DNA of 64,000 nt, taken from IMG/VR virus record IMGVR_UViG_3300031088_000789, one strand, 5' to 3'. A program made the translations under genes and the position numbers. Numbering within the stretch: the stretch's first letter is position 1; each line of letters begins with the position of its first letter. The DNA is from an uncultured virus (IMG/VR IMGVR_UViG_3300031088_000789) (Duplodnaviria; Heunggongvirae; Uroviricota; Caudoviricetes). Shown here one piece after another: positions 28,452 through 39,135 of the stretch. The notes below the pieces were generated by a model that saw nothing but the letters and a program-made list of their open reading frames with translations, was not told the DNA's origin and made no database searches.

Positions 28452-29195
28452 TTGAAAAATATGACCCCAATGGCAATGCTGAAAACGGAACTGACCTCGT
28501 TCAAAGCGTTGGATTTCATTTCGTATTTTGAACTGAACCGTAAAGAAGAACGTCACAGCTTCGCAAATGATCAAGTGTATGTCTCGGCAGCAGTCACTTT
28601 TGACTTCATGGGCATCTTCAACATTCGTGGTGGCATTCATCACAATGAAAAAGGTCATCAGCGTTTTGATCGTAACTTCGCTTTTTGCTTCAATTTCAAA
28701 GATGGTGAACCGTCTGTTCGTGCCTCAGTCAAATTGCATAAAGAAACGTCTGCAGAATATTCCCCTGAATTTTCGGTGAGTGAAATCAAGCCGAAGATGA
28801 AGGCTTTGCTGGCACTGGGCATTACCGATAAAGAAGAATTCTTGAAAGCCTTCATTCAAGAGTTTGGCATTGTTGTCAGTTCCTCAATGACGTTGATGGC
28901 ACTGCACAACCTTAAAGACGAACGTGTGAAAGAAGTCTTAGCTATCATGGTTGAATTCAAAGCAGCGAACCAAGCTGTTGATGCAACCCGCGAAGAAATG
29001 TATGCCATTGAAATTGCCAATCGTGGCGATTCTCGACTGAAAACTATTCGAGCAAACCTGAGTGAAGCTATCGAAAAGTCCCGTGTCTTGCTGGCCAAAC
29101 GAACTTTCTTTCTGAATGGAAACACCAAAAATATTCCAGCCTATGCTCGTGACCTGTTTTACAAGGATTTGAAAGAACGCAATATCATTTCCTGA
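28452..29195 (+). CDS. hypothetical protein with C-terminal coiled coil, paralog of 54541..55257
   Basis: TTG start after AGGAG; KNMTPMAMLK vs KNTTPMQMMK. Confidence 0.75.
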   Translation: MKNMTPMAMLKTELTSFKALDFISYFELNRKEERHSFANDQVYVSAAVTFDFMGIFNIRGGIHHNEKGHQRFDRNFAFCFNFKDGEPSVRASVKLHKETSAEYSPEFSVSEIKPKMKALLALGITDKEEFLKAFIQEFGIVVSSSMTLMALHNLKDERVKEVLAIMVEFKAANQAVDATREEMYAIEIANRGDSRLKTIRANLSEAIEKSRVLLAKRTFFLNGNTKNIPAYARDLFYKDLKERNIIS

Positions 29196-29294
29196 TAACT
29201 GGCTTCAATTAATTGTTTAATTAAACCCTTAGATAGTCTTTGATTATTTAGGGGTTTTTTGTTATAATGGGTAATCTCCAATACAGGTGACGAC

Positions 29295-29420
29295 ATGATG
29301 ATGGAATCAATTTCTTGGCCGGTGTTCTTGATTGGTAGTGGAGCACTGCTACTGTTTACTGCTATTGAGGTTTGGGGCATGGTTCAAATGAACAAATATC
29401 TAAACAAAAAATATTTATAA
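29295..29420 (+). CDS. small single-TM protein (41 aa)
   Basis: Promoter, AGGTG RBS, hydrophobic core. Confidence 0.6.
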   Translation: MMMESISWPVFLIGSGALLLFTAIEVWGMVQMNKYLNKKYL

Positions 29421-29453
29421 ATACATTGAAGACAGCTTAGGCTGTCTTTTTTA

Positions 29454-29864
29454 TTAATCTATTAACTTGTCTTGAGCCATTGATAATTGTCTTCTAAACT
29501 CAAGTGGGTCAGCAATATAATTAATAGGTGCATTACCATGTCCTGTTCCTGATACAATGATAGTACCAAAATTGAAGATCCTACCCATTAAACCCTGATT
29601 AACTTGTATACTTTCAACTTTTTTCAGATTCAACTCAATTGTATCTCGCTGGATGAATCCTTTTTTCGCAATCAAGCGTTTATTGGTTACTGCTAATTCT
29701 GTACAGCTTTTCTGGATATACACGATTACCAATAAAACAATACCTACTAAGACTGGAATCAATAACACTCCGAACAAGATTTGCCAAAAGAAACCCCAGT
29801 TGCTTAAACTGGCTTCGTATTCGACTTTCTCACCATCCATCAAATTATCACTTACATAACTCAT
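29454..29864 (-). CDS. bacterial PH (bPH_2) domain membrane protein
   Basis: TELAVTNKRLI...KVESIQVNQGLMGRIFNFGTIIVSGTG. Confidence 0.85.
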   Translation of the reverse strand: MSYVSDNLMDGEKVEYEASLSNWGFFWQILFGVLLIPVLVGIVLLVIVYIQKSCTELAVTNKRLIAKKGFIQRDTIELNLKKVESIQVNQGLMGRIFNFGTIIVSGTGHGNAPINYIADPLEFRRQLSMAQDKLID

Positions 29865-29957
29865 AGCAATCCTCCATTGTTCCATATAATATATCAAATA
29901 CTGATGTTTTTTCAAGCCAAATTTATTACTTCCCAGTATTCATTCAAATATATATCG

Positions 29958-30800
29958 CTAAATAATATCTGATTTTTCTAATTCAACTTTTTCTTTGTTA
30001 CTTACAATTTTTTGAAAAACTTCTTGAATACTGAATTGTTCCAAAATATACAAACCACCTACAAATGCAGTAATATATGTTTTTGGTTTGCGGCGTTGAT
30101 CGCCAGTGTCTTCAAATCGTTTTTGACTTGCTGCATTTTGTTCATCTGTTTCACCATTTCTGAGTTCTCCATTTGAAAGTGCGTAAACATACACTTCTGG
30201 ATAGCTGAAACAATGAGCATGAGTTTTATCCATATTGACAATATGGAAATAAAGTTCATCTGTTCTTTCACTTTCTAAAGAGTTAAAAAAGTCACTGTTG
30301 AAAATTTTGTTATCACTATTTTGGATTTCTTTCAATTTAGCGTAATCAATTTTTAAGAGATCGCCATAATTGATGAGTTCACCATTTTTCGTTTTAATGT
30401 TTAAATGATTATCAGTGATACTAACATCAGCGTTTTTCACTTCATATTGATGTGATGATAATTGTTCAAAGCTTAACTCAATATTTAGAGAGTTACCAAC
30501 TTTAAAAAGAACACCTTCTTTTTCTTTTGACATAACGTAACTAAAAAACATTGGTTCACTTTGAACAGTTGAAAAAATAATTTCTTTATTTTTTAAGTAA
30601 TACAACTTGTAAGATGGAATATTAATTTGATTCTTTGGATTGATAATAACTTGAATATAAACCTCATCAGCGTCTTTATCTTTCAAACTTTTTCCAAAGT
30701 TACTGTTGCAGAAAGGTGTATCCATGATTTTTGCAAAATCAAAGTGGAAAATATCACCAACAAGGATTTCTTCATTTTGAAATTTTTTATTGATTTTCAT
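29958..30800 (-). CDS. AT-rich hypothetical protein with internal duplication
   Basis: GDIFHFDFAKI...DEVYIQV vs GDLLKIDYAKL...DELYFHI. Confidence 0.7.
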   Translation of the reverse strand: MKINKKFQNEEILVGDIFHFDFAKIMDTPFCNSNFGKSLKDKDADEVYIQVIINPKNQINIPSYKLYYLKNKEIIFSTVQSEPMFFSYVMSKEKEGVLFKVGNSLNIELSFEQLSSHQYEVKNADVSITDNHLNIKTKNGELINYGDLLKIDYAKLKEIQNSDNKIFNSDFFNSLESERTDELYFHIVNMDKTHAHCFSYPEVYVYALSNGELRNGETDEQNAASQKRFEDTGDQRRKPKTYITAFVGGLYILEQFSIQEVFQKIVSNKEKVELEKSDII

Positions 30801-30840
30801 TGCTCATTATCCTATTTCTGAATTTAATCCTTTGTTTAGA

Positions 30841-31050
30841 TCAAGAACGACCTTCAAGTTTATCAATATATTTTTGCATCCGTTCAATTTTTGATTCAAG
30901 CTTTTCTGTATTGGCCTGTAATTGGGCAACATCAGAAGCCTTAATCCATTCTCCCGTTTCATGTTCTCGAATACGCAAATCATGATATTCATCACCATCA
31001 TAAATGCCACGTCCATATGAGACTTCAATATCAATATTGTAACGTTTCAT
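30841..31050 (-). CDS. phage-type small protein (GEW-x-KASD, coiled coil)
   Basis: AAGGA RBS. Confidence 0.7.
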   Translation of the reverse strand: MKRYNIDIEVSYGRGIYDGDEYHDLRIREHETGEWIKASDVAQLQANTEKLESKIERMQKYIDKLEGRS

Positions 31051-31222
31051 GTGAGTTTCCTTTTTTTTGATTAAGTAGCGGATTATACCACATTTTGATA
31101 ATATAATTCAAGTAGCATTTTTGTGGATATTTTGGACAAAACACATCTTTACATTAAAGAGCTTTTTTGTTATAGTGTCGTATTGAAAATAAATTCCTAT
31201 TTTAAAACTAGGAGATCTAAAA

Positions 31223-31465
31223 ATGACTAAAGTAATTGTTCCTGATATTCCACAAACTGTTCGCCATATGATTTCGGTTGAAGACATGATCGAAGCACTT
31301 CAAAAATTGCCTGCAGGTTCGATGTTGTGCTTGACTCAGCAAGGTCATTATGCTCAATCTGATTTTGGTGATATTTTCTTGCCTTCACCTGTGGTGCTTT
31401 CAGAAGAAAAAACTGAGCGTGAACTGACTGTTTTTGCGGTTGGTGATAGCGATCAGCGTTACTGA
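31223..31465 (+). CDS. hypothetical protein
   Basis: AGGAG RBS; VEDMIEALQKLP. Confidence 0.75.
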   Translation: MTKVIVPDIPQTVRHMISVEDMIEALQKLPAGSMLCLTQQGHYAQSDFGDIFLPSPVVLSEEKTERELTVFAVGDSDQRY

Positions 31466-31584
31466 GTGCTGTTCGGAGGTGAAATTTCGGTTTTATCTCT
31501 AAATACTGCTTGCCAATAAAACTGTTTTTTGATATTATAACCCCATCAAAGCAAAACACTACCTTCAAAACTCGGAGATTTAAA

Positions 31585-32049
31585 ATGACCAAAGTTACCG
31601 CTCTCGAAACCGCAGTCATCGTTAACATCGTTGCTCTCGGTTCTTCGTCGGTCAACGTTCAAGATATCCCAAACGGCCCAGAAGTTGTGAAACTGGCTCA
31701 GGTTAATGCCGTTCTGCTCAACCTGAAAGGGAAAGGTCTGGTCGTTCGTCATGAATCGACTGTCTCGCTGACCGCTGATGGCGTTGCTGTGCATGCAGAA
31801 CTGTTCCCTGCACAGAAAGACCTCGATGCATTGCGTCTTGCCAGCAATATTGAACTGAGCCAACAAGCTCCAGTTTCGGAAGAAGCACAAGCTCTGATTG
31901 CTGCACTGGTGGCTATCCGTAAGTCGGCAAAACGCATTGGTAAAGCAGTTTCTGCTCTGGAAGATGCTGTTAAAGCTGACTCCGACCTGCCAATGGCTCA
32001 CATTGAACCTGCTGACCTGACTGGCCTGCCGGTTCAAGTTCAGGCGTAA
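31585..32049 (+). CDS. putative winged-helix protein
   Basis: VLLNLKGKGLV...VSLTADG; strong codon bias. Confidence 0.6.
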   Translation: MTKVTALETAVIVNIVALGSSSVNVQDIPNGPEVVKLAQVNAVLLNLKGKGLVVRHESTVSLTADGVAVHAELFPAQKDLDALRLASNIELSQQAPVSEEAQALIAALVAIRKSAKRIGKAVSALEDAVKADSDLPMAHIEPADLTGLPVQVQA

Positions 32050-32064
32050 TTCAGAACATTACTG

Positions 32065-32088
32065 AAAAGGGCTTCGGCCCTTTTTTTT
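32065..32088 (+). terminator. recurrent GGGC-TTCG-GCCC intrinsic terminator (near-identical copies at ~38690, 42439, 54446, 55933, 56540)
   Basis: cUUCGg hairpin plus U-tract. Confidence 0.85.
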
Positions 32089-32148
32089 GTTGTTGTTTTT
32101 TGAGGTTTTTGGTATAATAGGCATCTATCAAAACAGAAGGTTTAAGCC

Positions 32149-32322
32149 ATGAGTCTCCATGACGAATCATATCCAGTTACCCGATTTGCACTGCTGCCAC
32201 GAGTTGTCGAAGGCCAATGGATTTGGTTGAAATCTTTCATTTCTGATCGTGTTCTCATTCATGGTCGTAGTGATGGCTGCAGCACCGACATCTATGAATA
32301 TCAAAACCATAGACTGCGTTAA
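32149..32322 (+). CDS. small hypothetical protein
   Basis: Promoter, RBS; FALLPR-x-x-x-G-x-WIWLK. Confidence 0.6.
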   Translation: MSLHDESYPVTRFALLPRVVEGQWIWLKSFISDRVLIHGRSDGCSTDIYEYQNHRLR

Positions 32323-32381
32323 AAATGTTGTTTATGATTGCGATTGATGATATAATAGCCACATTAAACACATAGAGGATT

Positions 32382-32843
32382 ATGTTCATGGCTGCTAATT
32401 TTTACGAAAACATGGGTTTTTATGAAAAATTGAGCTTCCTTTCTTCGGTTGTTCAAGCTCATTGTAAAAAAACTCATTTTACTCTGGTTCATTATGTTCT
32501 GGAATATTCCCGCGACAATAAATCTAAAAAACAGTTGGAAGACTTCAAAAAGTTGTCTTTGGTTAACAACGACTTTGAATTCAACTACAGTTCGTTTGTT
32601 AAAAAATATGGTTATCAACTTGAAGGTCGCACAGGAGGTGTTGCTATTGTCACTCCTGATGAGCTTTTGGCTTTTACCAAGGCATATGAACTTCAAAAAG
32701 ATGAACTCAAAAAAGAAATTGCTGTTCTGACTGGCATTGGAGCATCGAAACAGGTTATTGAACAAGTTGAAAACGATTTGGTGGTCTGGGCAACATTCCA
32801 CAAAGAATTTTACGAACACATTCAAATATATAAGGAGAGCTAA
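32382..32843 (+). CDS. hypothetical protein
   Basis: GAGG RBS. Confidence 0.75.
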   Translation: MFMAANFYENMGFYEKLSFLSSVVQAHCKKTHFTLVHYVLEYSRDNKSKKQLEDFKKLSLVNNDFEFNYSSFVKKYGYQLEGRTGGVAIVTPDELLAFTKAYELQKDELKKEIAVLTGIGASKQVIEQVENDLVVWATFHKEFYEHIQIYKES

Positions 32844-32870
32844 AAGTATCCAGACTTTTAGCTATTCGCT

Positions 32871-33788
32871 ATGGGAAAGATTACTACAAAAGATATCGTT
32901 CAACGATTTGTAGATAAGCATGGTGATCGTTTTGATTACTCAAAAGTTAATTATCAACACTCTGATAAAAAGGTCATTATTATTTGTAAAGAGCACGGAC
33001 CATTTTTTCAAACTGCTTCTGCTCATATTCGTGGACGTGGCTGTGCTCAATGCTCGCAGAAATTTCAATATCATAATCAAGATTCTATGATTAAAAAATT
33101 TATTTCTATTCATGGTAATCGATATGACTATTCGAAATCTATTTATAAAGGTGTAAAAAATAAAATTATCATTACTTGTCGTGAACATGGTGATTTTTAT
33201 CAGCGTGTTGATGGTCATTTTCAAGGAAATGGTTGTAAGACTTGTGCTGATGCACTTGCATCTTCTCGCTTTTATTTTTCGCATGATGCATTAATTGAAA
33301 GCTTTAATAAAGTTCATTTAAATAGATATGACTATTCATTGATTGATTATAAAAATTGTCGAACAAAAATAACCATTATTTGTGATAAACATGGCACTTT
33401 CCAACAAAAACCCAAGGACCATTTAGCTGGCAAGGGGTGTCCATCTTGTAAATCTTCAAAAGGTGAGGCTAAAATCCGTAATTTTTTAGATTTACATGGT
33501 ATTTTTTATCAAGAACAATATCCATTATGTCCTAATCCTTTTACTGGGTTTTCATTGAGATCTGATTTCTATGTACCGTCTTTTAATATGATTATTGAAT
33601 TTGATGGCATTCAACATTTTCAACCAATTTTGCACTGGGGCGGGTTAGATGGTTTTCTTAAAAATCAACAGAGAGATAATATTAAAAATCAATTTTGTTT
33701 GAGTAATAACATTAATTTATTAAGAATTTCTTATTTAGATTTAAAAAAAATAGATATAATTTTGTCAAAAAATTTGATAAATGCATAA
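32871..33788 (+). CDS. homing-endonuclease-like protein: three zinc-binding repeats plus C-terminal PD-(D/E)XK (DUF559/Vsr-like) domain
   Basis: 3x YDYS...IIC-x-x-HG-x-F-x-Q...H-x-x-G-x-GC-x-x-C; SKGE, DFY, IEFDGIQH, RDNIKN. Confidence 0.85.
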   Translation: MGKITTKDIVQRFVDKHGDRFDYSKVNYQHSDKKVIIICKEHGPFFQTASAHIRGRGCAQCSQKFQYHNQDSMIKKFISIHGNRYDYSKSIYKGVKNKIIITCREHGDFYQRVDGHFQGNGCKTCADALASSRFYFSHDALIESFNKVHLNRYDYSLIDYKNCRTKITIICDKHGTFQQKPKDHLAGKGCPSCKSSKGEAKIRNFLDLHGIFYQEQYPLCPNPFTGFSLRSDFYVPSFNMIIEFDGIQHFQPILHWGGLDGFLKNQQRDNIKNQFCLSNNINLLRISYLDLKKIDIILSKNLINA

Positions 33789-33877
33789 AAAAAAGCTTTA
33801 CACAGGTTTACGATTTCGCTATAATTACCCCATCAAGACGAAACACACAATCAAATCAAAAGGTTAGGAGATACAAA

Positions 33878-34012
33878 ATGCAAGGTTCTTTCGGTGATGC
33901 AACTGAACGTTTCAGCGGTGGTAAGCGTAAAGATGCTTACAAATCCAAAGAAAACAAGAATGACCGTGCTTTTCGTGATAAACGCCGTAAACGTCATGAA
34001 TATGCAGATTGA
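33878..34012 (+). CDS. small basic protein, MQGS family copy 2 (44 aa)
   Basis: AGGAG RBS; MQGSFGDATERFSGGKRK...KRRKRHEYAD; not in ORF track. Confidence 0.85.
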   Translation: MQGSFGDATERFSGGKRKDAYKSKENKNDRAFRDKRRKRHEYAD

Positions 34013-34063
34013 TTAACTGCAAAATAAAAAGCCCTAGTGATAGGGCTTTTTTTATTCTTAACA

Positions 34064-34690
34064 TTAAATTGGTGTTCTGCACACTAAATGGAAGGTATAG
34101 TCACCATAGTTAACTCTTTGTTCACCTTTTGTATATTTGTAACCATTAAATGTTTTTTCTGTTAGTTGATATTCATTAGTTTCAAATAATTTTACGCCAT
34201 CCCATATAATATACAGAACTCCAAATGAAGGTGAACCTGCAACCCAACGATAACTACCAATATCACCATTTCCACATTCGGAGACTATTTTATTGCCTGT
34301 TGCCGTTCTTGTCATACTGTAATCGGTTAAGGTTCTCGATTCACTAATAGGGTTTCCTGAATTTCTGTATTCTAATGTGTAGTCATTCTGTTCTCTGTTT
34401 TGAGTAGTTCTCGATTGTTCTTGTGTACAATTGCTGGCAGTTTGTTCAAATGTTGTACCTGATGCTACTGTACTTGGATCTGGCGTCCATGCTGAACAAT
34501 TAGTTGCTGGCCCTACATCAACCCATTCTGACACTGTTGGTTGTGCTTTGACCCATTTCCCTTTTTTTACAAATGTTATATTATCACCACTGATTTGTTT
34601 TTCACCAATGACAACATTATATTGAGCGTTTGTAGTTAATGTAACACTTGCCAATAAAGTACTTGCTAACATGATTATTGATTTTTTCAT
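34064..34690 (-). CDS. secreted protein with thrombospondin-like W/C/R repeat segment
   Basis: Signal peptide; SEW...CSAWTP...QTASNCTQEQSR; C-terminal domain shared with 2522..2974. Confidence 0.8.
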   Translation of the reverse strand: MKKSIIMLASTLLASVTLTTNAQYNVVIGEKQISGDNITFVKKGKWVKAQPTVSEWVDVGPATNCSAWTPDPSTVASGTTFEQTASNCTQEQSRTTQNREQNDYTLEYRNSGNPISESRTLTDYSMTRTATGNKIVSECGNGDIGSYRWVAGSPSFGVLYIIWDGVKLFETNEYQLTEKTFNGYKYTKGEQRVNYGDYTFHLVCRTPI

Positions 34691-35090
34691 GATGTTATTT
34701 TTGTTATTATCTAGTACAAATTTAACATGTTTTTTATAAAATCAAATATATAAAAGTCATATTTAACCCACAATATAAAACATTTTATATTTTTTACAAT
34801 CTTTTAACATTTGATGTAATTTTCCATAATTTCATTTATTTAATATTTAAATATTTTATTAATATAACTTATATATATATATCAATAATATTGTAAATTT
34901 ATTTTTATAAACCCAAAAAAACTTTTATTATCGAGGATTATATGGTAAAATATCATTGCTTTCTACCTAAATGGAGCTTTTACCATGTGTGACAAATGTA
35001 AGGTTTTCAAGAAGGATCAGAAACCAACTGAAAATCAGACTCCAGCACGAAAAGCTGAACCTGTCATCATCAAAACTAAATAGGTACTCT

Positions 35091-35282
35091 ATGCAAACAT
35101 TGCTGACTGAAGAAGAATCTCTGGATTACAAATTGGATGGCATGTCTTTGGATGAAGCGATTGCCTATCTGCAGTCTCTTAAAACCACATTTGAAGGCAT
35201 GCATTGTGTATTGTCTAATGATTGTGTCGATGACATTACGGGTGTTACTGCTCTCAATCTTTATTCTGTTAATAACGCATAA
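35091..35282 (+). CDS. hypothetical protein
   Basis: AGGT RBS before MQTLL. Confidence 0.6.
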   Translation: MQTLLTEEESLDYKLDGMSLDEAIAYLQSLKTTFEGMHCVLSNDCVDDITGVTALNLYSVNNA

Positions 35283-35338
35283 TTTCGTTGTTTACAGTTT
35301 TCATTTATGTTACAATTTTTCTTTTAGGAGTTGGTTAT

Positions 35339-35563
35339 ATGTTATCTTGTAGTTGTCCTAAATGTAGCACCTATGGTAAAGCGTCTTACTGTGTCAATGA
35401 TATTGTTGATGAAGGTAAGGCTGCTTATGTGAAATCGTGGGAGGAATATAAACTTAATCATAAAAAGTCTGTTTTTTGGTTTAAGTTTTCGTTGTGGGCT
35501 GGTGGTATTGGCTTAGCTTTGCCTCTTGTAGTCGGTGTTATTTCAACACTTTCTAAAATCTAA
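35339..35563 (+). CDS. small protein with C-terminal TM
   Basis: AGGAG RBS; CSCPKC; hydrophobic end. Confidence 0.65.
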   Translation: MLSCSCPKCSTYGKASYCVNDIVDEGKAAYVKSWEEYKLNHKKSVFWFKFSLWAGGIGLALPLVVGVISTLSKI

Positions 35564-35588
35564 TAAAAAAGGAACCTTTGGGTTCCTT

Positions 35589-36281
35589 TTAACTTATATT
35601 AATCATGGCAATTAACAATTTATCTTCTTCTGTTAAATCTTCTAATGTTTTTATTTCATTTTCCTTCATATATCTGAAATATTGACTTCTCACATATCTG
35701 ACTCCATTCATATGTATATATTTTTCTTCTACTTTAATGCCTGCTTTCTCTATTGAGTGCATTTCAAAGTTTTCATATTCATATTTATATTCTATTATTA
35801 ATCCTTCATGGTTATTAAATAAATACAACTTATCAAATGCATTACTTTTTAAATATCTCTTACTGATTAATGGGTAGTATATCTTTCGATGCTCATTTAA
35901 ATCAACTATAAAAACACCACTTAAAAATAATATAAAACCGACATTAACACTATTACCAAATATTGTGTTTGTTGTATAATTTGATAAAAAGAACATAACT
36001 GAATAGGTTAATAACAATACAGCTAGATATATTTTTCCATTTTTCCACATATAATTAATTATTTTATGCTCATCTTTTAAATAGGTTGTTTTATAACATG
36101 TTAGTATTCCATTAATAATAAATATTGCGATAATATCTAAAACAATGTAGGTTGCAACAACTTTTTCAAGTGGTGTGTTAAATAAATAGATTGCAAGTGT
36201 TGCTAATGCTAAATAAAAAACGGACACAATTAGTTTATTTATGTATAAGCTATTCTTCAATACTCTGAAATAATTTTTCAT
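35589..36281 (-). CDS. AT-rich 4-TM membrane protein with C-terminal DKLLIAMINIS tail
   Basis: Four hydrophobic segments; AAGGA RBS. Confidence 0.75.
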   Translation of the reverse strand: MKNYFRVLKNSLYINKLIVSVFYLALATLAIYLFNTPLEKVVATYIVLDIIAIFIINGILTCYKTTYLKDEHKIINYMWKNGKIYLAVLLLTYSVMFFLSNYTTNTIFGNSVNVGFILFLSGVFIVDLNEHRKIYYPLISKRYLKSNAFDKLYLFNNHEGLIIEYKYEYENFEMHSIEKAGIKVEEKYIHMNGVRYVRSQYFRYMKENEIKTLEDLTEEDKLLIAMINIS

Positions 36282-36432
36282 ATGAATTCCTTTTTGCTCA
36301 TATGATGTCATTTATTTTCATTTTTTCAAGATCTATTGTTTTTTTTCTTTATCAATCAAGAATTTTCTTGCTTCAAAATCTAATTTTTGCTAAAATATCT
36401 TCATCAAATCAACGACACATAGGTATTTTCAC

Positions 36433-36768
36433 ATGGCACAAGCAAAAAACATCACAAGCCTTCCAGTTAAAAAATATGCTCTGGCTCTCTGCAGTAAAAA
36501 TGTTTGGGGCGTCATTATGTCTGATGAACCCAAAGAAATCACTTTTGCTGATGGTAATTCCAGTGTTTGTCACACTGGCTTCGCTTGCCGTGGCACTGTG
36601 ATTGCTGGTTGGGGTGCAACAGAAGGCACCACAGTGATCAAAAAAGAAGGTGATCTGTGGGCTTCTCGTAATCCACATGTTGTAGCTCATCTGGGTGATT
36701 TGGATGGTTTTGAACTGGATGAAGTCTTGGCATTCGCTCGCCACAAGCTTTCAGCGATGAACCTATAA
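36433..36768 (+). CDS. hypothetical protein
   Basis: Cassette. Confidence 0.75.
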   Translation: MAQAKNITSLPVKKYALALCSKNVWGVIMSDEPKEITFADGNSSVCHTGFACRGTVIAGWGATEGTTVIKKEGDLWASRNPHVVAHLGDLDGFELDEVLAFARHKLSAMNL

Positions 36769-36868
36769 CGTTCATGTTCTATTAAAGCCACCTTTGGGTG
36801 GCTTTTTTACTTGTTCAAAATATAGTTTTATTGTATAATGGGTTCACACTAAACGATGAGGCCATACG

Positions 36869-37156
36869 ATGATTACTTCTGCTTATCTTAGCCGTCCTGT
36901 TACCATCATGAAGGTTCGGGCAGCAGTGGTTGAGGCAACTAAAAATGCAATGGCTACCGATGGTCATGGTCGTGCCTACATCAGTGATTTTGAAAACAAC
37001 AACATCATGCGACTGGATGTTTTTGCTCCACACAATCACGACCTTTTTCCTGATGGTGGTGTCATTGTTTATGGTTCAGAATCTCGCCAAATCACAAAAA
37101 TGGTTGAAGATGCTATTGGTCAACCGTTTAACGAATTATTGAACTTCTCTCAATAA
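36869..37156 (+). CDS. hypothetical protein
   Basis: Cassette, GAGG RBS. Confidence 0.75.
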   Translation: MITSAYLSRPVTIMKVRAAVVEATKNAMATDGHGRAYISDFENNNIMRLDVFAPHNHDLFPDGGVIVYGSESRQITKMVEDAIGQPFNELLNFSQ

Positions 37157-37257
37157 TTTTCATAAATTAATAAAAAGAGCCTTAATGGCTCTTTTTTTAT
37201 TGTTTAATTTAAAATATGAGTTATAGTCTCTTTATTTATTATATAAAGGATTTTATC

Positions 37258-37887
37258 ATGGCAGCAACAAAAAGAAAAATATTAGGAACTGTTGCAGTAG
37301 AAGCAACTATTGTTTTGGGGATTATGATGCTTATAACTGTTTTTACTTTTAAAATTTTTTTTGATGTTAGAGAAAAATTATTTTTTAAACCCTTGGATAG
37401 ATTAGGTTTAATTTACCACCTAACTCTTTCTAACGAAATGAACAATAATACCTTATTGTTAAAATCAGATGAATTATTACCATTACAAAAAAAAGTTATA
37501 ACTACATTAAATTGTGCTACTAATTATTGTAGAGTTTCAGAATACAGAGTACCTCATAATGCTTTTACAATTATTCAATACAACAAGCAATCGATGGTAG
37601 AAGATATAAAAATTTATTTTCCAACTTCAAATTATAGTTCTATATTTTCTTTTAATAAAAGACATGTGCTTACATTTAATGATGATTTTCTAGATAATAC
37701 TGCTATATTTGATGCCAATCCAGATTTTAAATATATATTAGATACTTATCAATATATTAAATATGAATACTACTTAGACAATGATTTAAAACATCCTATT
37801 TCAAAAGAAATTTGCTCCAATTCTGATAATTCATCACGTTGTCTTTATGTGTTACACTATAACAAAAAGATCCTTACTCGAAAATAA
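37258..37887 (+). CDS. pilin/pseudopilin-like protein
   Basis: KRKILG|TVAVE + hydrophobic helix; Cys pairs shared with 39372 and 40054. Confidence 0.6.
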   Translation: MAATKRKILGTVAVEATIVLGIMMLITVFTFKIFFDVREKLFFKPLDRLGLIYHLTLSNEMNNNTLLLKSDELLPLQKKVITTLNCATNYCRVSEYRVPHNAFTIIQYNKQSMVEDIKIYFPTSNYSSIFSFNKRHVLTFNDDFLDNTAIFDANPDFKYILDTYQYIKYEYYLDNDLKHPISKEICSNSDNSSRCLYVLHYNKKILTRK

Positions 37888-37951
37888 TGGTTTTCTTCAT
37901 ATTCGTTTTGGTGTATAATGTAAACTCAATCAGCTAATGAGGTTTTTCTTC

Positions 37952-38155
37952 ATGAGTATTCATCCAGTGGTGCAAGAATTCCTAAATCGTCCCAGTAATT
38001 ATGCTATTCAAGATCACCCACCAATTGATCTTGAAAAAATGAAAGCTAATTTTGAAATGGCTGGAAAAATCATTTCTGGTATCACACCAGAAGAGAAGGA
38101 ACGTGCCAAAAAAGCTGCCAACCTGTGGTTGTTTGGTAAAGAAACTACACGTTAA
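37952..38155 (+). CDS. hypothetical protein
   Basis: Cassette. Confidence 0.7.
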   Translation: MSIHPVVQEFLNRPSNYAIQDHPPIDLEKMKANFEMAGKIISGITPEEKERAKKAANLWLFGKETTR

Positions 38156-38264
38156 TTCTTCACCACATGAAAAAAGACCCTCATTTGAGGGTTTTTTTTG
38201 TTTTCGATTTACACTTTAACCAGATTTTGCTATAATTTACCTATCAAAATAACAGAGATCGAAC

Positions 38265-38672
38265 ATGACCGCGATTATCGCTAGTGACAAAATTAAAGTT
38301 CCAGAAGGTCAAGAAAACAACCCTTGTGTTGGTTGTGGGGCTTGCTGTGCATTCTTTCGTGCGTCGTTCCACTGGCTGGAATGTGCTTCGGCTGGTGGCA
38401 CTGTTCCTGATGATACGGTGGTTCAAATCAGCCCTCACCATGTGGCTATGAAAGGCACGGATAGTTCTTCTGCACCTTACTGCATCAACTTGACTGGTGT
38501 GATTGGTGAATCGGCTTACTGCAGTGGTTATGCGACTCGTTCATCCTCCTGCCGTGATGATTTTCCAGCTTCCTTTGAATTTGGTGAACGGAATGAACGT
38601 TGTGATAAAGCTCGGGCAAAGCATGGGCTTCGTGAGTTGACACCCGATGATTGGGCTTGGAAAAAACTTTAA
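38265..38672 (+). CDS. YkgJ-family cysteine-cluster (zinc/Fe-S) protein
   Basis: CVGCGACC...C...C-x-x-Y-x-x-R-x-x-x-CR-x-x-FP...CDKAR. Confidence 0.85.
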   Translation: MTAIIASDKIKVPEGQENNPCVGCGACCAFFRASFHWLECASAGGTVPDDTVVQISPHHVAMKGTDSSSAPYCINLTGVIGESAYCSGYATRSSSCRDDFPASFEFGERNERCDKARAKHGLRELTPDDWAWKKL

Positions 38673-38766
38673 AATGGTGATAAAAAAATGGGGCTTCGGC
38701 CCCTTTTTTGTTGTTTTTGTTTTCGACTAATGCTACAATTTACCCATACTATCAAGGGGATGCAAG

Positions 38767-39135
38767 ATGAAAACATTGACTGTTGAAGCCACGCAAAACC
38801 AATTGAATGCTTGTGGTGTTATGGTAACAAATTTGTGGAGTGATTTTTCAAAAATCATTTCTGCGAATGTCCATTCCGTTCATGCTCAGCTTTTTTTTGA
38901 AGCAAAAATCAATGCCATTCGCCACAACTTGGCTGCAAAAGATGAGGACTTCAATCCAAAAAACATCGTTTTGTCTACTGCTCCACTTCCGCGTTCGGTC
39001 ATTGTTTACAATGATAAACCTTTCATTGTAGACTGTGCAGATAAAAAGGGCATTTTCCTTATTTCCATGGATGGTGAAGACTTTGAAACTGTCCCTGTTT
39101 ACAATTATCCAGTAATTGGCACCATCACTATTTAA
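38767..39135 (+). CDS. hypothetical protein
   Basis: Cassette. Confidence 0.7.
   Translation: MKTLTVEATQNQLNACGVMVTNLWSDFSKIISANVHSVHAQLFFEAKINAIRHNLAAKDEDFNPKNIVLSTAPLPRSVIVYNDKPFIVDCADKKGIFLISMDGEDFETVPVYNYPVIGTITI

Noticed and set aside
34691..34960. Extremely AT-rich stretch as a replication origin
   Set aside because: No iterons, DnaA-box cluster or adjacent initiator gene seen; consistent with a divergent promoter region.
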